The translations under genes were made by a program, and so were the position numbers. A DNA stretch of 61,947 nt from Lama guanicoe (taxonomy: Eukaryota), in assembly GCA_013239625.1 (NCBI GenBank), contig MU055888.1, forward strand, positions 739,745 through 801,691, given 5' to 3'. Shown in pieces: positions 57,773 to 61,947 of this stretch. The notes under the pieces were generated by a model. That model saw nothing but the letters and a program-made list of their open reading frames with translations. It had not been told where the DNA came from and ran no database searches. Numbering within the stretch: position 1 is the first letter of the stretch; each line of letters begins with the position of its first letter.

Positions 57773-60493
57773 TGAGCAGCAGGGATCCCTGCTAATGAGT
57801 GCTGAATACTTGGGCCCCTCCCCTTTCCTTGGAACAATATTGGAGGCCCTATGGAGCCACTGCCTGCCTGAGCCTAACGCCCTAATTATCATGGCTCCTG
57901 GCTCCAAACATGAACATCCTTCAAAAATTTCTCCCTGACCCAGGTCCCTTTCCCCTAATCTTCAGCCCCTGAAGCTACAGCTGTGGGTGGGGCATGGAGA
58001 AGGGCTCTAAGGAGCTGACCAGCAAGTGGAATCAGGCAGCACCAACAGGGCAGCAGTATTCAGGGGAGGGGCCCCCAGAACCATCATGGCACTAGCAGTG
58101 GTGGGTCAGATTGCAACTTTAGGAGTTGATGCAGGAGGGGTTTGCCCCTCCCCTCTTCATCTCATCATCCCTCCATCACCCTGTCCCTCCAGGAAGGCAA
58201 ATTCCTAACACATACTCCCTGTCCACCCTTTTCATGGAGATCCAGGCCCCCTGCTGAACACTGCCCACAGCTCTGTGTTTCTGTCCCCAGCAGTTACTGG
58301 GGAACCAGCCTGCAGCCCCAACTTACTTCCAAGCAGAAATGGGAGTGCGGACAATGAGAACTCATATTCATTAAGCTGTCCTGTGGGCCGAGAGAGCCAC
58401 ACAATGATCTCCCTTGATTCCCCACTGCAATCTCGGGAAGGAGGTGCTGGGTTCACCATATACAGATGAAGAGATTCAGGCTCGAAAAGGTTAAGCCACT
58501 TGCCCAAGGACCTCCAGAAGGAAGCAACAGTGTTGTAAGTGGCCACTACCTAGCAGGAGGCCCTCCACAGCCACACATCTCAGCACTTAACCCCCATGTC
58601 CCAGCCACTCCTCCCCTCCAGCCTTCACTCCAGTGAATTGGGGAGTTAGAACCTGCATCTCAGAGGGGCTGCACTCGGCCCTTCGATGCTACCCTCAGAT
58701 GTCCCCTCCTGACACGCATTCACAGAATCTGGGCTTTGGCCAGGCTAGGATAGGCTGAGGCAAGTCAGGGAATGACCCCTGTCTTTAGATTGAAGGCATA
58801 GTTTCCAAGCTCTTTTAGTGAGCACTCACTCTTCCTGCTGTGGGGGAATCACCTCCCCTAATCCCCAGTGCCAGTGTCCAACCAGAGAAGGGGTGAAGGG
58901 AGATGGGCAAGGAGAGAACAATTTCTTGGGGAGAAGGGGGAAAAGAAGGTGCCGGGCCTCCCCCAGCTGCATCCCATCTGCCCCGGGCAGGCGGCCAGGC
59001 AAGGTAAGTGAAACCCACTGCCCTCCATTAGGAGCTAGCTCAGTGGCTTTGAAGCATGATGCAGTGATTACCTCTGAGCTGACTTCTTCTGGGTTGCAAG
59101 GGGGACCTGACCAATGAGGAAGCAGGGTAGGGTCTGGGAACTGGTTTGGGGTCAGCCCAGTTGGATTCTGGGGCTGTGTTAATAGTGTGTGAGAGGAATT
59201 GGTCAATTTTGGAGTCCAGTTAGATTAACTGGAGCATCAAAGCGGGCCAGGTCCACAGTGCCCTCCCCCACCGTCTGTCCAGCCTCAGAGGCTGGTGCTC
59301 CCTTCCTGCCTCCACCCTGTCCTGCCAGGGGCTCCTTCTGACCCACACTAGTCAGCTTCTCTCACCTCTGAGCCCTTCCATGGGTCATACCTCTGTGAGA
59401 GCTGTCTTCTCTCTTCCTTCACTATAACTGTAGAGTTGGTCAGTCTCCCCTCTTCCCATCTGCAGTCTTTTCCTTCAAAGGCCACCCTTTGTCCCACACG
59501 TCCCGTTCTACATCCATACTTGTTGTCAAGGAATCGCACCTGATCAATTTGCTCAAACATTGATAGGGACTTAATCTCCCCAGACTTTGTGTGTTGGAGA
59601 AGAGGTGCCCAGAGAGGGCAACACTATACCCAAGTCCTTGAATGGAGAGAGTTCCAGGCCTTGTGGTAAGGGCACAGGGGAGAGAGTCAGGACAGCCGTC
59701 TTTCTTACTGACTCTGGGGGCCACCCCCCTCTCCAGCCTCTGCCTTCATTTCTGTGGCACGTGTTCCCCTCAAGTAGCCTTCCTCTAGGAAATTCCTCCT
59801 GACCCTCCACTTGGATCCTTCCCAGCCCTGAAAGTCTGCAGAGCTGCCCTGCAGTTCTGAAGGACTCAATCATCTCTCACTTTTTATCCTGCATCAAAGG
59901 ACAGTCAAGACATTTTAACAAAAGCCTGAGTAGGGCTACACCATGTTGGAGCAGCCTGAAGATGAGAGGATGAGTCATCAGAAGCCCCTACAGTTCATTT
60001 GTCTTGTGCCCTTGGGTCAGTCCCTTCCCCTGCTCTGAGCCTTGGTTTCCTTACCTGTGAAATAGGCATAAGATGCCAGTCTCATAAGTTACTGTGATGA
60101 ATCACAGAGGTCTGGAGTGGTGTCACGGGAGCTGGGCAGATGTCAATTATTCTTATTCTATTTGCTACCGCTGCTGGTGGCTTCTGCACTGCAGGCTGGA
60201 GACCGGATAAGGGGTGAGATGACATTTCAGCACTGAGGACCCAGCTCAGGCGGCCTTCCTGCTATAGATAAGAGCCAGCACTGTGACAGGCCTCAGGCTT
60301 CGGCACAATTCCCACGGGAATCGCTGGGGGCGGAGACATCCCAGACCCAAGCTTATCTCCATTCTGGTGTGGCTGGGAAGTGGGGTCAAGTGTGATTGTC
60401 TGGGTTGGTTTCCAGCAGAGGAGGGTAAAGGGCATAGAGACACAGTCTGTTCAGTCTTCCAGTCAAGGGAAGAACCCCCCTCTGCAAAGTGGT

Positions 60494-60621
60494 GGTGGAG
60501 GGTATAGCTCAGTGGTAGAGCCAGTGCTTAGCATGCATGAGGTCCTGGGTTCAATCTCCAGCACCTCCATTAAATAAATAAATAAACCTAACTGCCCCCT
60601 GCAAAAAAAAAAAAAAAAAAA
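60494..60621 (+). mobile_element. Vic-1-like SINE with a long poly(A) tail
   Basis: GGAGGGTATAGCTCAGTGGTAGAG...GGTTCAATCTCCAGCACCTCCATTAAATAAATAAATAAACC followed by an uninterrupted A-run. Confidence 0.9.
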
Positions 60622-61947
60622 GACCATCAAGAGGAGAGGGGGAGGAGTAGAAGGAGGAGGCCCCCTTTACAATCCCATCCATCCCAAGGTGGGGTCTGCT
60701 GGGCAAGGGGTCCTCTGAGACAGGGCTAAACAGTTAAGAACAGAAGGCCTGGGCCGCCAGCCCTTCCTGGACCAGCTCTCTCAGTCCATCCACTCCACCT
60801 GCTGACTGACTGGCCACTTCCGAGGAAACTCCAGTCTAAGGGGCGTGGACAAAGGCATCGCCCTGGAAGTCCTGCAACTCTGAGTTGGGAGACAGGGTCT
60901 CTAGGCTGCAGTCTCCTCTCCCATGGGAGCACAGGGGTGGGTCTGAAACATGGAGAGGGACTCAATGCCACCATCCTCTCCTTTACCCTCAGGGGGTGGG
61001 GAGCAGGGAGGTGGCCCAGAGCCTGGGGGATCTCCTAGTCTAAAGGCTCCCCCAGTCAAACAGGAGTGTGCCTGGGGCAGGAGCACAGAGAGTTCCCAGT
61101 TACATGCTCTAGGCCAGGACTCGGATTTCAGAAGTGGAAGCTACCTCCCGCCCCGAGGCCATCTGCAGTTGGGGAAACTGAGACCCAGAGAAGTACACGA
61201 AATGCTCCAAGTCACTCAGTGTGGCGGCTGCAAAGGAAGGAACTGTGGAGTAGTTGAGCAGTTTCAGCACCGTGCTGTGGAGAACGCCAGCCCAGGCTGG
61301 GCAGAAGCGAGACCGCGATCTCCCCTCAGCGCTGCCCCCACCCCTTGTGCGACCTGGGACCACTCACTGGGCCTCTCCAGGTCTGTTTCCCGCCTGTGAT
61401 GTGAGGAAAGCCGTCCTTCCCAGGCTGCCCCGGCTCCCGCTCCCTGCAGAGCCTCAGGCCAGGTTCTTGTGCTGCCCCAACCGGGCCCAGCCCACAGGGT
61501 ACCCCGGGGAGGGGGAGGCAGGTGCGAGTGGGTCCCCCCCCCCTCAAGGAGCCAGCGGAGGAAAGTGCTGAGTCGGCACTTGGAGCCCCAGCCACCTCCG
61601 CTCCTGTTCCATTATTCATCCCGGTAAGAGGCTCTCCCTCCTCCTTCCAACCCAGACCCAGTCTCAAGAAATGCCTCCCCCCACTCAAAATCCCCCTCTC
61701 ACCCCCCCTCAGCTGGAAACTCTTAAGCAAAAAGGTCGTCAAGATGATTAAATGCGAACAGATTTTCAGCTCTTTTTCCACTTTAATTAAAAATGGGCTC
61801 TCCGTTCAGAGGAAGCTGAAGACGAAGCAGCAGCTCCCCGAAGGCCGCTGGGCTGCAGAGTGCGGGGAACATGCTCAGAGATGTCTGAGGGTTGGCCTGC
61901 GGTGGCCTGGGCTCAGGGGCTGGCCTGGGGCTGCCCGGGGGCCCTGC

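Noticed and set aside
57506-57907. His/Thr-rich and Val/Gly-rich ORFs
   Set aside because: These are translations of a degenerate (CAC)n tract.
60497-60570. tRNA-like sequence with A and B boxes (also near 3630-3700, 17527-17600 and 21870-21930)
   Set aside because: These are SINE heads with AT-rich tails (most with TSDs), not cloverleaf tRNA genes.
1-61947. A novel multi-gene or prokaryote-type system (CRISPR, operon, defence island)
   Set aside because: The window is a single-gene mammalian locus plus interspersed repeats; nothing supports such a system.

Overview
This window is mammalian genomic DNA, most likely from a camelid (alpaca, llama or camel), judged by several copies of a tRNA-derived SINE of the Vic-1 type. 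It contains one protein-coding gene: the complete six-exon NGFR (p75 neurotrophin receptor, TNFRSF16) on the minus strand. The ATG is at 54941 and the stop at 38217-38219. An ATTAAA poly(A) signal lies near 36280, and a CpG-island promoter spans about 52.4-55.4 kb. Visible exon lengths are 66, 142, 253, 161 and 302 nt; with 360 nt assumed for the partly N-masked exon 3, the product is 427 aa. The other ~36 kb downstream and ~7 kb upstream are non-coding, with nested L1s, SINEs, MIR/L2, MaLR LTRs and a MER33-like DNA transposon. Almost all ORFs in the supplied track are chance ORFs in GC-rich DNA. I found no novel multi-gene system. The most notable observations are: (1) a ~70-bp inverted templated copy of nearby DNA inserted inside a SINE; (2) N-runs that look like exact-length masking rather than assembly gaps, one possibly hiding a conserved intronic element; (3) a convergent CTCF motif pair; (4) a wide-spacer REST site upstream of NGFR; (5) a homeodomain motif cluster in intron 5; (6) two CpG-type substitutions in the death domain. 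Repeat subfamily names and comparisons with human sequence come from memory and were not computed.
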